This document shows, one piece after another, positions 28,427-38,730 of a stretch of DNA of 64,000 nt; positions within the stretch are counted from its first letter, which is position 1; each line of letters opens with the position of its first letter. Location: assembly GCA_018262795.1 (NCBI GenBank), contig JADFDM010000011.1, positions 44,143 through 108,142 on the forward strand, read 5' to 3'. Both the position numbers and the translations under genes were made by a program. The notes beneath the pieces were generated by a model that saw only the letters and a list, made by a program, of their open reading frames with translations, was not told the origin of the DNA and made no database searches. The stretch comes from Sphingobacteriales bacterium. Lineage in GTDB: Bacteria; Bacteroidota; Bacteroidia; Chitinophagales; LD1.

Positions 28427-29158
28427 ATGCGCTTATTTCTTCCCTTGATTCTCTTTCTTGTTTGCGGCCTCCCTACAATAGCTGGGCAACCCTATGGTTT
28501 TGCGACCGAAACAGTAACCCCATCGCAGAAAGATACCGGCCACCTTCAACGGTTTGCCAAATTTCGCATTCATCACAAGCCTTATGTGGACAGTGCTACT
28601 AAAAGCATTGTATTGCGAAACGAACACTCCTCCTTTGCCCGCAAGATGTTGCGAGGCAGTGGCATGGTGTTTGGCTATGATGCTTTAGCACTGACCATTT
28701 TGTATGCTTCGCCTTCCTCTTTCAGCCACTGGTACAATATCAATTCAGCGAACTATCGAGCAAACATGAAAATTGCTTTCACCAAACCTCCGGTAGTAGA
28801 TCACGACCCTTGGTACGTGAATTACGTTGGCCATCCTTATCAAGGATCCTGCACCTACAATGCCGTGCGCTCGCAACACGCTACGTTTTGGCAAGCAGGT
28901 TTGTTTGCGATTGGGCATTCACTTATTTGGGAATACCTTCTTGAATCGGGCAACGAAAGACCCAGCGTGCAGGACTTGATCGTCACTCCATTTGTAGGTA
29001 GCCTTTTGGGCGAGTTGATTCACCAGGCAACCATTCGTATGGCGCGGAATGGCTACACGTGGTACGAAGGAATTTTTGTGTCGGTGTTCAACCCCATGTT
29101 TGCAATAAACAACGGTTTCCGATTTGCGGGCAAGCCCGTTCGCAGAAAAGCACTTTAA
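28427..29158 (+). CDS. hypothetical exported protein (possibly DUF3943-like)
   Basis: 243 aa with a signal peptide and the conserved-looking YVGHPYQGS. The family assignment is tentative. Confidence 0.55.
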   Translation: MRLFLPLILFLVCGLPTIAGQPYGFATETVTPSQKDTGHLQRFAKFRIHHKPYVDSATKSIVLRNEHSSFARKMLRGSGMVFGYDALALTILYASPSSFSHWYNINSANYRANMKIAFTKPPVVDHDPWYVNYVGHPYQGSCTYNAVRSQHATFWQAGLFAIGHSLIWEYLLESGNERPSVQDLIVTPFVGSLLGELIHQATIRMARNGYTWYEGIFVSVFNPMFAINNGFRFAGKPVRRKAL

Positions 29159-29243
29159 TTTTTTGTAAAGAATAATGTCAGAAGCCGGAAACAGGCGGAG
29201 AATCACCGGCAATGGTCTATTATTGCAGCCCAAATTAATACCC

Positions 29244-30275
29244 ATGAGTTCGTTTAACAAAGAGCAGTTGCTGGAGGATATGAAAAACTGGCATAGTATG
29301 CTGAGAAAATATCAAATGCCAAACACTCGGAAGGCGGTGTTGCAATTAGCTAATAGCTTTACTTTTTACTTAGCCTTGTTGGCTTTGCAGTTTTATTTGT
29401 ACGATAAATCTATCCTGCTTTCAGCGGCAGTGGCCATTTTGAACGGCTTTATTCTCGGGCGTATTTTTATTATCCAGCACGACTGTGGGCATCGCTCCTT
29501 TACCAAATATCAAACGCTGAATGATGTCATTGGCACTGTTTGTAGTATTTGCACCTTAATTCCCTACGAGTACTGGGCAAAGAATCACAACTTTCATCAT
29601 GCACACAACGGCCAGTTAGAGTTTAGTGACATTGGAGATGTGGAATGCCTTTCCACCGAGCAATACGCACAACTTTCGTGGAAGAAAAAATTGCTGTATC
29701 GCATCTATCGCAATCCATTTTATCTATTCACTATTGGCGGGTTTATTTACGTGGTGGTGTATAATCGTTTTGCCTTTCTGAAATCAGAACCATTTAAAAA
29801 AGTGCGCAAGAATGTGACCCTCAGCAATGGACTGTTCTTTTTGGTATATGCCGGATTGGCTTATTTGCTGGGGCCGGGTCGTTTTCTGATTGTGCAATTT
29901 ATTAACCTGCTTTTCTTTGGCACGTATGCGCTTTGGTTTTTTTATATACAACATCAGTATGAGCACATTTATAAAAGCAGCAAGGAGAACTGGAACTATG
30001 TAATTGCCGCTATGAAAGGTAGCACCTATTACAAACTTCCCCGACTGTTTCATTGGCTCACCGGCAATATTGGATATCATCATATTCATCACCTTAGTCC
30101 GGCCATTCCTAACTACAACTTGCCGAGGTGCCATCGCGAAAACCCTGTGTTTGAAAAGCATGCAAACAGCATCAACTTTTGGCAAAGTTTGAAAACCGTA
30201 AAGGCTAACTTGTGGGATGAGCAGCGCCAGAAAATGGTGTCGTTCAGTGAATACAAACGATGGAGGAAATCGTAA
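29244..30275 (+). CDS. membrane fatty acid desaturase
   Basis: The ATG at 29244 gives MSSFNKEQ..., 343 aa. The three His boxes are HDCGH, HNFHH and HHIHH. Confidence 0.85.
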   Translation: MSSFNKEQLLEDMKNWHSMLRKYQMPNTRKAVLQLANSFTFYLALLALQFYLYDKSILLSAAVAILNGFILGRIFIIQHDCGHRSFTKYQTLNDVIGTVCSICTLIPYEYWAKNHNFHHAHNGQLEFSDIGDVECLSTEQYAQLSWKKKLLYRIYRNPFYLFTIGGFIYVVVYNRFAFLKSEPFKKVRKNVTLSNGLFFLVYAGLAYLLGPGRFLIVQFINLLFFGTYALWFFYIQHQYEHIYKSSKENWNYVIAAMKGSTYYKLPRLFHWLTGNIGYHHIHHLSPAIPNYNLPRCHRENPVFEKHANSINFWQSLKTVKANLWDEQRQKMVSFSEYKRWRKS

Positions 30276-30286
30276 TTTGCCGCTGC

Positions 30287-32518
30287 ATGAAAGCATCGGC
30301 TCCATTCATTTCTAAAGCAACATTTTTTCGTTTTTCGTTTTTACTACTTTGCTGCACTACCATTTTTATTTCATCCGCAGCACCGGAGGATACACTTACG
30401 CGATATGCAAATCCCATCATTGGCACTAAGGGGGTGTGGCTCTATGGCAGAACTACTCCTTTTGTAACCCCACCATTCGGGATGACCCACTGGACTGCCT
30501 GCACGAGGAATGGCCACCTTGGAGGGGCGGTTTATAACTACTACGATTCAAAAATCATCGGCTTTCGCGCCAGCCATAAGCCCGCTATGTGGATGGGCGA
30601 CTACGGTTATGTTACGCTGAAACCCGCAATGGGAGAAGCCTCTCTTTCGCTGCGGAAAAAGAAACTTTCTTTTCGTCACAAGAATGAAGTAGCAAGACCC
30701 TATTCCTATTCGGTGATATTGCGCCAAAACAATAACCGGATTACAACAGACCTCACTTCCACATCGCGCTGCGGAATACTTCGCTTTACTTTTGAGGGCA
30801 AAGAGCAGCCCTTGGTTTTTGTAGAAGCCAGCCAACAATTCGGTTTTGATGGATGGATAAAAATAGACACCGCTCGTCACGAAATTATTGGATGGAACAG
30901 CGACCGCCACAGCGCGCATCTGGGACCTCCCTTACCCAATTTCAAAGGCTATTTTGTGATTCAATTCAGCGAGCCGTTTGCCGCGTGGGGCGTGTGGAGT
31001 GGTGATACCATGCTGGCGGGAAAGTGGCAGCAACAATCGAATAAATGTGGAGCATGGGTTAGTTTTCGCAATGGCACCCATATAGTGCAGGCGACTACCG
31101 CTACTTCCTTTATCAGCATCGAGCAAGCACGCGAAAATGCGCAACGCGAAGTGGCCGGCAAAACTTTGGAGCAGGTGGAACGCGATACCAAAGCAGAGTG
31201 GAACAATTACTTGAGCCGTATTCAGATGGACAGTGCGACCCAAAAGCAAAAGGAAGTTTTTTATTCCGCCATGTATCATACACTTTTATTTCCCCGGCAA
31301 TTTTCCGAATATGGCCATTACTATAGTGCGTTTGATGACAAGATTCACAACGGTGTTTCATACAACGATTATTCGCTGTGGGATACTTACCGGGCCGAGC
31401 ATCCGCTTTTGATTCTTACTGCCCCCGAACAGGTGCCGGGAATGGTGCAATCGCTGGTACAGATGTATGAAGAAGGCGGCTACATGCCCAAGTGGCCCAA
31501 CCCCACTTACACCGGAATTATGATTGGCACCCATGCCGATGCCGTGATTGCCGATGCTGTGGTGAAAGGGGTAAAAGGATTCGATTTGCAAAAAGCATAT
31601 CAGGCATGTAGGAAAGATGCGATGGTGCCTTCGGAAGGGGATAGCCTAAAGCGCTGGGCCGACCGCGCCCCGTGGAGCAGCCCCGAAACTCGTGCGGGAT
31701 TGAGTTGGTATATGAAGCTCGGTTTTGTGCCGGCTGATAAAACCAATGAATCGGTTTCGAATACACTTGAAGGTGCGTACGATGATTTTTGCGTGGCGCA
31801 GGTGGCGAAGGCTGCCGGGCATTTAGAGGACTATAAATTGCTGCTGCAACGAAGCAAAAATTATGTAAACGTTTACAACACCGCTACCGGCAGAATGGCT
31901 CCGCGGAACGCTGATAGCACTTGGGCAAAAAATCGCAGGACGGGCTTTACGGAAGGCAGTCCCTGGACGTACCTTTTTGCCGTGCAGCAAGATATTCCCG
32001 GATTGATACAACTGATGGGTGGAAAGGAAACTTTTATCCGTAAGCTGAATATGAATTTCCGCTGCTGGCGCTATTGGCACGAGAACGAGCCGGGGCATCA
32101 CTACACTTATTTGTACGACTATGCCGGTGAGCCGTGGAAAACACAGAAGATGGTAGCGAAATACCGCAGCCTAAAATACCACAACACCCCTCACGGCCTC
32201 ACCGGTGATGATGACTGCGGACAAATGAGTGCCTGGTATATTTTCAGTGCGCTTGGTTTTTATCCCGTGACTCCGGGCACCGATGTTTATGCTATCGGCA
32301 CTCCTGAATTTCCCAAAGCCACTATTTATTTTGATCCGAAAAACAGGGAGGAGAAATTTGAAATTATTGCCAATCATGTTTCGCGCAGAAACAAATACAT
32401 ACAATCTGTTTCGCTGAACGGAAAAAAATTAGAAGAACCCTTTCTGCATCATGCAGATATTATAAGCGGAGGAAAATTGGAATTTGAAATGGGAGCAAAG
32501 CCGAAGAAGGGTTGGTAG
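30287..32518 (+). CDS. GH92 family glycoside hydrolase (alpha-mannosidase)
   Basis: The ATG at 30287 gives MKASAPFISKATFF... (signal), 743 aa. GH92-type N-terminus NPIIGTKG...TPFVTPPFGMTHWT and core DDCGQMSAWYIFSALGFYPV are present. Confidence 0.85.
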   Translation: MKASAPFISKATFFRFSFLLLCCTTIFISSAAPEDTLTRYANPIIGTKGVWLYGRTTPFVTPPFGMTHWTACTRNGHLGGAVYNYYDSKIIGFRASHKPAMWMGDYGYVTLKPAMGEASLSLRKKKLSFRHKNEVARPYSYSVILRQNNNRITTDLTSTSRCGILRFTFEGKEQPLVFVEASQQFGFDGWIKIDTARHEIIGWNSDRHSAHLGPPLPNFKGYFVIQFSEPFAAWGVWSGDTMLAGKWQQQSNKCGAWVSFRNGTHIVQATTATSFISIEQARENAQREVAGKTLEQVERDTKAEWNNYLSRIQMDSATQKQKEVFYSAMYHTLLFPRQFSEYGHYYSAFDDKIHNGVSYNDYSLWDTYRAEHPLLILTAPEQVPGMVQSLVQMYEEGGYMPKWPNPTYTGIMIGTHADAVIADAVVKGVKGFDLQKAYQACRKDAMVPSEGDSLKRWADRAPWSSPETRAGLSWYMKLGFVPADKTNESVSNTLEGAYDDFCVAQVAKAAGHLEDYKLLLQRSKNYVNVYNTATGRMAPRNADSTWAKNRRTGFTEGSPWTYLFAVQQDIPGLIQLMGGKETFIRKLNMNFRCWRYWHENEPGHHYTYLYDYAGEPWKTQKMVAKYRSLKYHNTPHGLTGDDDCGQMSAWYIFSALGFYPVTPGTDVYAIGTPEFPKATIYFDPKNREEKFEIIANHVSRRNKYIQSVSLNGKKLEEPFLHHADIISGGKLEFEMGAKPKKGW

Positions 32519-32575
32519 TGTTGCTACGACTGCTATTGCTTCCAACTGATTTAAATCAGCTAATTGCATTTTGTA

Positions 32576-32977
32576 ATGCTTATCTTTGCAGCCGTGAAGC
32601 GCATTTTCGCCATTTCTCTTTTATGTATTACTCTGTTCTCGCAAACAGAATTTTATCAGTTTTTGAAACTGCCGATATTGTTTAAGCATTTTACAGAACA
32701 CCGCGCTAATAACCACAGCATCTCTTTTGCAGAATTTTTGGTCATCCATTATGTCAATCCTGATCAAAACGATGCTGACCACGACCGTGATAAGCAGTTG
32801 CCTTTCAAATCGAATGATTGCATACAAAGTTCTTTACTCACAGTTTTTATTCCGGCTAATTACAGCATTGAGATAACGGCACCTGCTGTTCTTTCGATTC
32901 AACCCGCTCCTGCTATGGCAGACTGGGTTCCCTCCATTCACGTAGCCGACATTTGGCAACCGCCAAGAATTTCTTAA
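32576..32977 (+). CDS. small His/Asp-rich membrane-anchored protein of unknown function, first gene of the metal efflux unit
   Basis: 133 aa from the ATG at 32576, with an N-terminal TM. It contains LKLPILFKHFTEHRANNH, HYVNPDQNDADHDRDKQLPFK and a C-terminal DIWQPP. Confidence 0.55.
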   Translation: MLIFAAVKRIFAISLLCITLFSQTEFYQFLKLPILFKHFTEHRANNHSISFAEFLVIHYVNPDQNDADHDRDKQLPFKSNDCIQSSLLTVFIPANYSIEITAPAVLSIQPAPAMADWVPSIHVADIWQPPRIS

Positions 32978-33071
32978 TCGTTTCTCACTTTTTCATGTGA
33001 AGGGGCAACGGATATTTTCGGTTGTGCAGTAGCATGCGTTGAATTATTTTTTACGATTAAGCAAATTTATT

Positions 33072-36000
33072 ATGCTCGAAAAAATCATTGGATTTTCAAT
33101 CCACAATAAATTAATCATTGGCATTTTTACGCTGGCACTGGTGGCATGGGGAGGTTACAGTGTTACCCAACTGCCAATAGATGCGGTACCTGACATCACT
33201 GATAATCAGGTACAGGTAATTACAGTAACCCCATCGCTGGGCGCACCGGATGTAGAGCGGCTCATCACTTTCCCTATTGAACAAGCCAACAGCAATATTC
33301 CGGGACTGAAAAAAATAAGAAGCTTTTCTCGTTTCGGTTTATCGCTCGTTACCATCGTGTTTAATGATGATGTAGATATTTACTGGGCGCGCCAGCAAGT
33401 AAATGAGCGGTTGCAGCAAGTGCAGACCGAAATTCCTGCTGGTATGGGAGTGCCTTCGATGGCACCGGTTACTACCGGACTGGGAGAAATTTATCAGTAT
33501 GTGGTAAAAACCAAGCCCGGCTATCAAGATAAATATTCTGTTACCGATTTAAGAACCATTCAGGATTGGGTGGTGCGAAGACAGTTGCTCGGCACCAAGG
33601 GCGTAGCCGATGTTTCCAGCTTTGGCGGCTTGCTGAAACAATATGAAGTAGCGGTAAGTCCGGCAAAGCTGAAATCAATGAACGTGACTATGAACGAGGT
33701 GTTTACTGCCTTAGAAAATAATAATCAAAATACCGGTGGCGCTTACATTGAAAAAGGGCCTACGGTGCTTTATATCCGCAGCGAAGGTTTGGCGGGAACC
33801 ATTTCTGACATTGAAAACATGCTAGTGAAAACAACGGCATCAGGTATGCCGGTAATGATTCGCGATGTGGGAACCGTGCAAATAGGTGCCGCTACTCGCT
33901 ATGGGGCTATGTGCTACAATAATGAAGGGGAAGTAGCCGGTGCGGTGGTGATGATGCTGAAAGGAGAGAACTCCTCAAAGGTTATCAAAGAGGTGAAAGA
34001 GAAAATTGCGGAGATTCAAAAATCACTTCCCGAAGGAATTGAAATTGAGCCTTTCCTCGATCGCACTAAAATGGTAAATAATGCGATCGGTACCGTAGAA
34101 ACCAATCTGATGGAAGGAGCACTGATTGTGCTTTTTGTGCTGGTGTTTTTCCTGGCAAATATCAGAGCGGGTTTGCTGGTGGCTTCGCTCATTCCTTTGT
34201 CTATGCTGTTTGCAGTGGTGATGATGAATTTTTTCGGAGTGGGCGGCAACCTGATGAGCTTGGGAGCGATTGACTTTGGTTTAATTGTAGATGGCGCGGT
34301 GATTATTGTAGAAGCCGTGATGCACCAACTGACCCATAGCAAGTTCTTTCAAAACACTTTGCAACTCACGCAAAAGGAAATGGATGAAGAAGTGCAACAT
34401 TCCTCTTCACGTATTATGAACTCGGCTGTGTTCGGGCAAATTATTATTCTGATTGTGTACTTACCCATTCTTTCCCTATCGGGCATCGAAGGGAAAATGT
34501 TTAAGCCAATGGCACAAACAGTTTCCTTCGCCATACTCGGAGCATTTATTCTTTCGCTCACTTATGTGCCGATGATGAGTGCATTGTTTTTGAGCAAGAA
34601 AATCAAGCATAAGAAAACTATTTCAGACCGTTTGATGAATACGCTCGAAAAGTGGTATCAACATCTGCTGGAGCGCGTGCTTAATTTCCCCAAAACTGTA
34701 GTGGCAACTGCTCTACTTATATTCATTGCTTCTGCTTTGCTGATGTCAACGCTCGGGGGTGAATTTATTCCTGAATTAGAGGAAGGTGATTTTGCGGTGG
34801 ATACCCGAGTACTTACCGGTAGCAGCTTAACCACCACTATTGCTTCTACCCAGCAGGCAGCAAATATTCTGCTCCAACAATTTCCCGAAGTTCAAAAAGT
34901 AGTTACCAAAATAGGCAGTGGAGAAATACCTACCGATCCAATGCCTATGGAAGCTGCCGATATGATGGTGATTTTGAAACCGAAGAAGGAGTGGACTTCT
35001 GCCAAAACATTCGATGAACTGGCAGAGAAAATGGGGAGAGCGGTAGAAGATGTTCCGGGCATTACCACCGGATTTCAATTCCCTGTGCAGATGCGTTTTA
35101 ATGAGTTAATGACAGGAGCCAGACAAGATGTGGTGTGTAAAATTTTTGGGGAAGATTTAGATACACTTGCTGCTTATGCCGAAAAACTGGGCGCTGTAAT
35201 TTCACCGGTAGAAGGAGCGAAGGATTTATATGTAGAACCGATTACCGGTATGCCGCAAATTGTAGTGAACTACAATCGTGCGTCCATTGCTAAATATGGC
35301 TTAAATGTGAATGATGTAAACCGTACCCTTAATGCTGCTTTTGCAGGGCAAGTTGCCGGGTTGGTTTATGAGGGGGAGAAGCATTTTGATTTGGTGGTGC
35401 GCGTGCAGGATAATTTGCGGAAAAATCTAAGCGATGTGCAGGATCTTTTAATTGCCACAGCTTCGGGGGCACAGGTTCCTTTAAACCAATTAGCAGAGGT
35501 AACTATTGTCAACGGGCCGAACCAGATTCAACGGGAGGATACCAGAAGGAGAATCATTGTTGGGTTTAATGTGCGGGGACGCGATGTGCAGAGTGTGGTA
35601 GAGGAATTGCAGAAAATAGTAGAAACACAAATAAAGTTACCGGTCGGCTATTCCATTACCTATGGAGGTTCGTTCGAAAACCTGACGGAAGCAAAGCAAC
35701 GGTTAGAAATCGCTTTGCCGGTCGCGCTGTTACTCATCTTCCTACTGCTTTATTTTGCTTTTAATTCTATCGGAGAAGGGATTCTGATTTTTACAGCTAT
35801 TCCACTTTCCGCTGTAGGCGGTATTGTGGCTTTGTGGCTGCGCGATATGTCGTTCAGTATTTCAGCAGGAATTGGTTTTATTGCCTTGTTTGGCGTAGCC
35901 GTGCTCAATGGCATTGTGCTGATTGCGGAATTTAATCGTTTGCGCGATGAAGGCTGGAAAGACGTTCGCAAAATAGTGATACAGGGCACCAAAATTCGTT

Positions 36001-37466
36001 TGCGCTCTGTATTGATGACTGCGCTGGCTCCTTCGCTGGGCTTCATCCCAATGGCATTTAGTACCGGTGCGGGTGCCGAAGTGCAACGCCCACTCGCCAC
36101 CGTAGTTATTGGAGGAATTGTGAGTGCCACTTTACTTACGTTGCTTGTTCTTCCGGTATTGTATGTGGCATTCATGAAAATTAAAGCAAAGCAGGAAGCG
36201 AAAGGCAATCCGAGCGATGTTCATTTGAATATTCCACCGCTTGCTTCGGTGCTGTTATTGTTTTTGGGATTAAGTGTTTCAAGCATTGCGTATTCTCAGA
36301 ACACTATCTCGCTTCAGCAGGCCATAGATTCTTCAATGAAGCAAAACCTGTCGGTGCAAACTTCTATACTCAAAACGAAATCAGCCAAGAAATTAGAAGG
36401 CAGTGCTTGGGATATTCCTTTCACCAATGCTTCTTTCGAATACGGCCAAATGAACAGCCTCCTGAACGATAGTCGTTTTGGTATTTCGCAGAGCATTTCA
36501 TTTCCGCTGGTGTATGTTAGGCAAAAACAGGTGTATGCTTCGCAAACAGAAAGCAATGCACTGAGCGAAAAACTAATTCGCCAAACCTTGCAAAGGCAAA
36601 TTACTTCTGTTTACTACGAGATGCTTTTACTGAACGAGAGGAAAAAACTTTTGCAACAAGCGGATAGCCTCTTCGCTGCTTTTCTGCAAAAGCAAGAACA
36701 ACGGTTTGCGGTAGGAGATGCGAATATTTTAGAAAAAACAGCAGCCGAATCGCAGCGAATGCAGGTGGCTAACCAAGTAGAACAAGTGAGAGCAGATTAC
36801 AAATCTCTTCAAGTCTATTTGAGTCGCTTGATGAATACAAACGCCTTATACGACCCTGCAAATATTACCGTAAAAATGGAAGTGACTACTTTGCCCGACT
36901 CCTCCTCTCTTAGTAGTTTACCCTATTTGAAATGGAAAAAGCAAGAGGAGGAAATAGCGCGAAAAGAATGGCAATTAAGTCGTGCTCGCTTATCGCCTCA
37001 ACTGAGTGTGGGGTATAACAACCAGTCTATTCGCGGTGGCATGGATGTAAACGGCACGGAAATATTCTATACCGGATCAAAACGTTTTTCATCGGTGATC
37101 GCAGGGTTGAATATTCCTTTGTTTTTTAACGCGGCTCATGCGCGAAATGCTTCTTCAAAAATTAATTATGACAGGATGAAGAACGATTATGCCGATGCGC
37201 TGCAAAAGCAGCAAACAGAGCTGCAACAACTTATAATCAACATTGAAAAGAGCAAACAACAGTTGCAATACTTTGAGTCGGGTGCTTTAAAGCAATCGAA
37301 AGTTTTATCCGACAACGCCACCTTGCAATACAACAGCGGGGCCATCAGTTATCTCGAATGGCTGATGCTGGTTCATCAGTCTATCGGTATTCAATCCGAT
37401 TATCTGAATGCCATTGGTGAGTGGAACAAAAACATTATTGAGCTTCATTCTTATTCAAACCAGTAA
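33072..37466 (+). CDS. CusA/CzcA-type heavy-metal RND efflux permease fused in frame to a TolC-like outer-membrane factor domain
   Basis: The ATG at 33072 gives 1464 aa. The first ~1040 aa are a typical HME-RND pump with 12 TM and two large loops. Next come linker KAKQEAKGNPSDVHLNIP, a signal-peptide-like PLASVLLLFLGLSVSSIAYSQ (nt 36235-36297), and ~390 aa of OEP/TolC-type repeats (NTISLQQAIDSSMKQNLSVQ...). Confidence 0.85.
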   Translation: MLEKIIGFSIHNKLIIGIFTLALVAWGGYSVTQLPIDAVPDITDNQVQVITVTPSLGAPDVERLITFPIEQANSNIPGLKKIRSFSRFGLSLVTIVFNDDVDIYWARQQVNERLQQVQTEIPAGMGVPSMAPVTTGLGEIYQYVVKTKPGYQDKYSVTDLRTIQDWVVRRQLLGTKGVADVSSFGGLLKQYEVAVSPAKLKSMNVTMNEVFTALENNNQNTGGAYIEKGPTVLYIRSEGLAGTISDIENMLVKTTASGMPVMIRDVGTVQIGAATRYGAMCYNNEGEVAGAVVMMLKGENSSKVIKEVKEKIAEIQKSLPEGIEIEPFLDRTKMVNNAIGTVETNLMEGALIVLFVLVFFLANIRAGLLVASLIPLSMLFAVVMMNFFGVGGNLMSLGAIDFGLIVDGAVIIVEAVMHQLTHSKFFQNTLQLTQKEMDEEVQHSSSRIMNSAVFGQIIILIVYLPILSLSGIEGKMFKPMAQTVSFAILGAFILSLTYVPMMSALFLSKKIKHKKTISDRLMNTLEKWYQHLLERVLNFPKTVVATALLIFIASALLMSTLGGEFIPELEEGDFAVDTRVLTGSSLTTTIASTQQAANILLQQFPEVQKVVTKIGSGEIPTDPMPMEAADMMVILKPKKEWTSAKTFDELAEKMGRAVEDVPGITTGFQFPVQMRFNELMTGARQDVVCKIFGEDLDTLAAYAEKLGAVISPVEGAKDLYVEPITGMPQIVVNYNRASIAKYGLNVNDVNRTLNAAFAGQVAGLVYEGEKHFDLVVRVQDNLRKNLSDVQDLLIATASGAQVPLNQLAEVTIVNGPNQIQREDTRRRIIVGFNVRGRDVQSVVEELQKIVETQIKLPVGYSITYGGSFENLTEAKQRLEIALPVALLLIFLLLYFAFNSIGEGILIFTAIPLSAVGGIVALWLRDMSFSISAGIGFIALFGVAVLNGIVLIAEFNRLRDEGWKDVRKIVIQGTKIRLRSVLMTALAPSLGFIPMAFSTGAGAEVQRPLATVVIGGIVSATLLTLLVLPVLYVAFMKIKAKQEAKGNPSDVHLNIPPLASVLLLFLGLSVSSIAYSQNTISLQQAIDSSMKQNLSVQTSILKTKSAKKLEGSAWDIPFTNASFEYGQMNSLLNDSRFGISQSISFPLVYVRQKQVYASQTESNALSEKLIRQTLQRQITSVYYEMLLLNERKKLLQQADSLFAAFLQKQEQRFAVGDANILEKTAAESQRMQVANQVEQVRADYKSLQVYLSRLMNTNALYDPANITVKMEVTTLPDSSSLSSLPYLKWKKQEEEIARKEWQLSRARLSPQLSVGYNNQSIRGGMDVNGTEIFYTGSKRFSSVIAGLNIPLFFNAAHARNASSKINYDRMKNDYADALQKQQTELQQLIINIEKSKQQLQYFESGALKQSKVLSDNATLQYNSGAISYLEWLMLVHQSIGIQSDYLNAIGEWNKNIIELHSYSNQ

Positions 37467-37476
37467 AAAAAAAATC

Positions 37477-38604
37477 ATGAAAAATATACTCATCATCATC
37501 ATTGCACTTTCACTTTTCAGTTGCGGACACGAAACCGCTCCAAAAGAAACTGCGAGTGAACCCGTCACCGAAACTTTAGTAACGCTGACAGAAGCACAAA
37601 TTAAGAATGCGGGCATTCAGACCGGTAAGCCCGAAATGAAAACCATCCACGCTCTGCTGAAAGTGAACGGAGTGGTAGATGTGCCACCTCAAAATTTGAT
37701 CTCTGTCAGTTTTCCTTTGGGTGGATTTTTGAAAAGCACAGCGCTGCTACCCGGAATGAAAATTTCGAAAGGACAAGCAATTGCTGTAATGGAAAACGAG
37801 TCGTTTATTCAACTCGAACAGGATTATCTGATAGCGAAGTCGAAGTTAGAGTTTTTGCAAAAGGAATTTGATCGCCAACAGTTGCTGAACGAAACGAAGA
37901 GTACCAGCGATAAAGCATTTGAACAAACGCAAAGTGAGTATCGCGCACAAAAAATCACAGTCAGCAGCTTGCGCGAAAAACTATTATTGATTGGTGTGAA
38001 TCCCGATAAACTGAACGAAAATAACATCAGTCGTACTGTGAATATTTCGTCTCCTATCAATGGGTACGTTTCTGCTGTGAATGTGAATGTAGGTAAGTAC
38101 GTGAATCCTACTGATGTGCTTTTCGAGTTGGTGAATCCTTCTGATCTTCACCTTGCACTTACTGTTTTTGAAAAGGATTTAGCCTCGGTTCAGCCCGGTC
38201 AAAATGTAAAAGCGAGTTTATCTAACAAGCCCTCCGAAATTTTTGACGCTAAAATAATTCTAGTAGGGAAGAAATTAGATGATAGCAGAAGCGCATTGGT
38301 GCATTGCCATTTTATAAATGCTAACCACAATTTATTGCCGGGTATGTTTCTGAATGCAGAGATAGAAGTGACAAATAAAGCGGCTATCACGGTGCCCGAA
38401 GAAGCCGTAGTACAGATGGGCGATAAGCAATTTGTATTCTTAGATAAAGGCCAAAACCGGTTTGAGATGAGTGAAGTAAAAACAGGTATGGTGGGGGAAG
38501 GATTGATTCAAATCAGTTCGGATGAAGCAGATTTGTTGAATCAACTTGTGATTACCAAAAATGCTTACGCTGCGCTAATGAAATTGAGCAATAAAGCGGA
38601 ATGA
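37477..38604 (+). CDS. efflux RND periplasmic adaptor subunit (CzcB/CusB-like lipoprotein)
   Basis: The ATG at 37477 gives MKNILIIIIALSLFSCG (lipobox), 375 aa, with a HlyD-type hairpin and beta-barrel pattern. Confidence 0.85.
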   Translation: MKNILIIIIALSLFSCGHETAPKETASEPVTETLVTLTEAQIKNAGIQTGKPEMKTIHALLKVNGVVDVPPQNLISVSFPLGGFLKSTALLPGMKISKGQAIAVMENESFIQLEQDYLIAKSKLEFLQKEFDRQQLLNETKSTSDKAFEQTQSEYRAQKITVSSLREKLLLIGVNPDKLNENNISRTVNISSPINGYVSAVNVNVGKYVNPTDVLFELVNPSDLHLALTVFEKDLASVQPGQNVKASLSNKPSEIFDAKIILVGKKLDDSRSALVHCHFINANHNLLPGMFLNAEIEVTNKAAITVPEEAVVQMGDKQFVFLDKGQNRFEMSEVKTGMVGEGLIQISSDEADLLNQLVITKNAYAALMKLSNKAE

Positions 38605-38730
38605 TTTAAAGATACGCAGAGAAAAGTGTCACTCTAAAGTGATTGGTTGTAAACGTGCTACAACCAGTCAGTCTCATTTAGTTGTGTATTTTTTTCATTG
38701 CCGTCTGCTTTAGCCTACGGCAATGATTAA

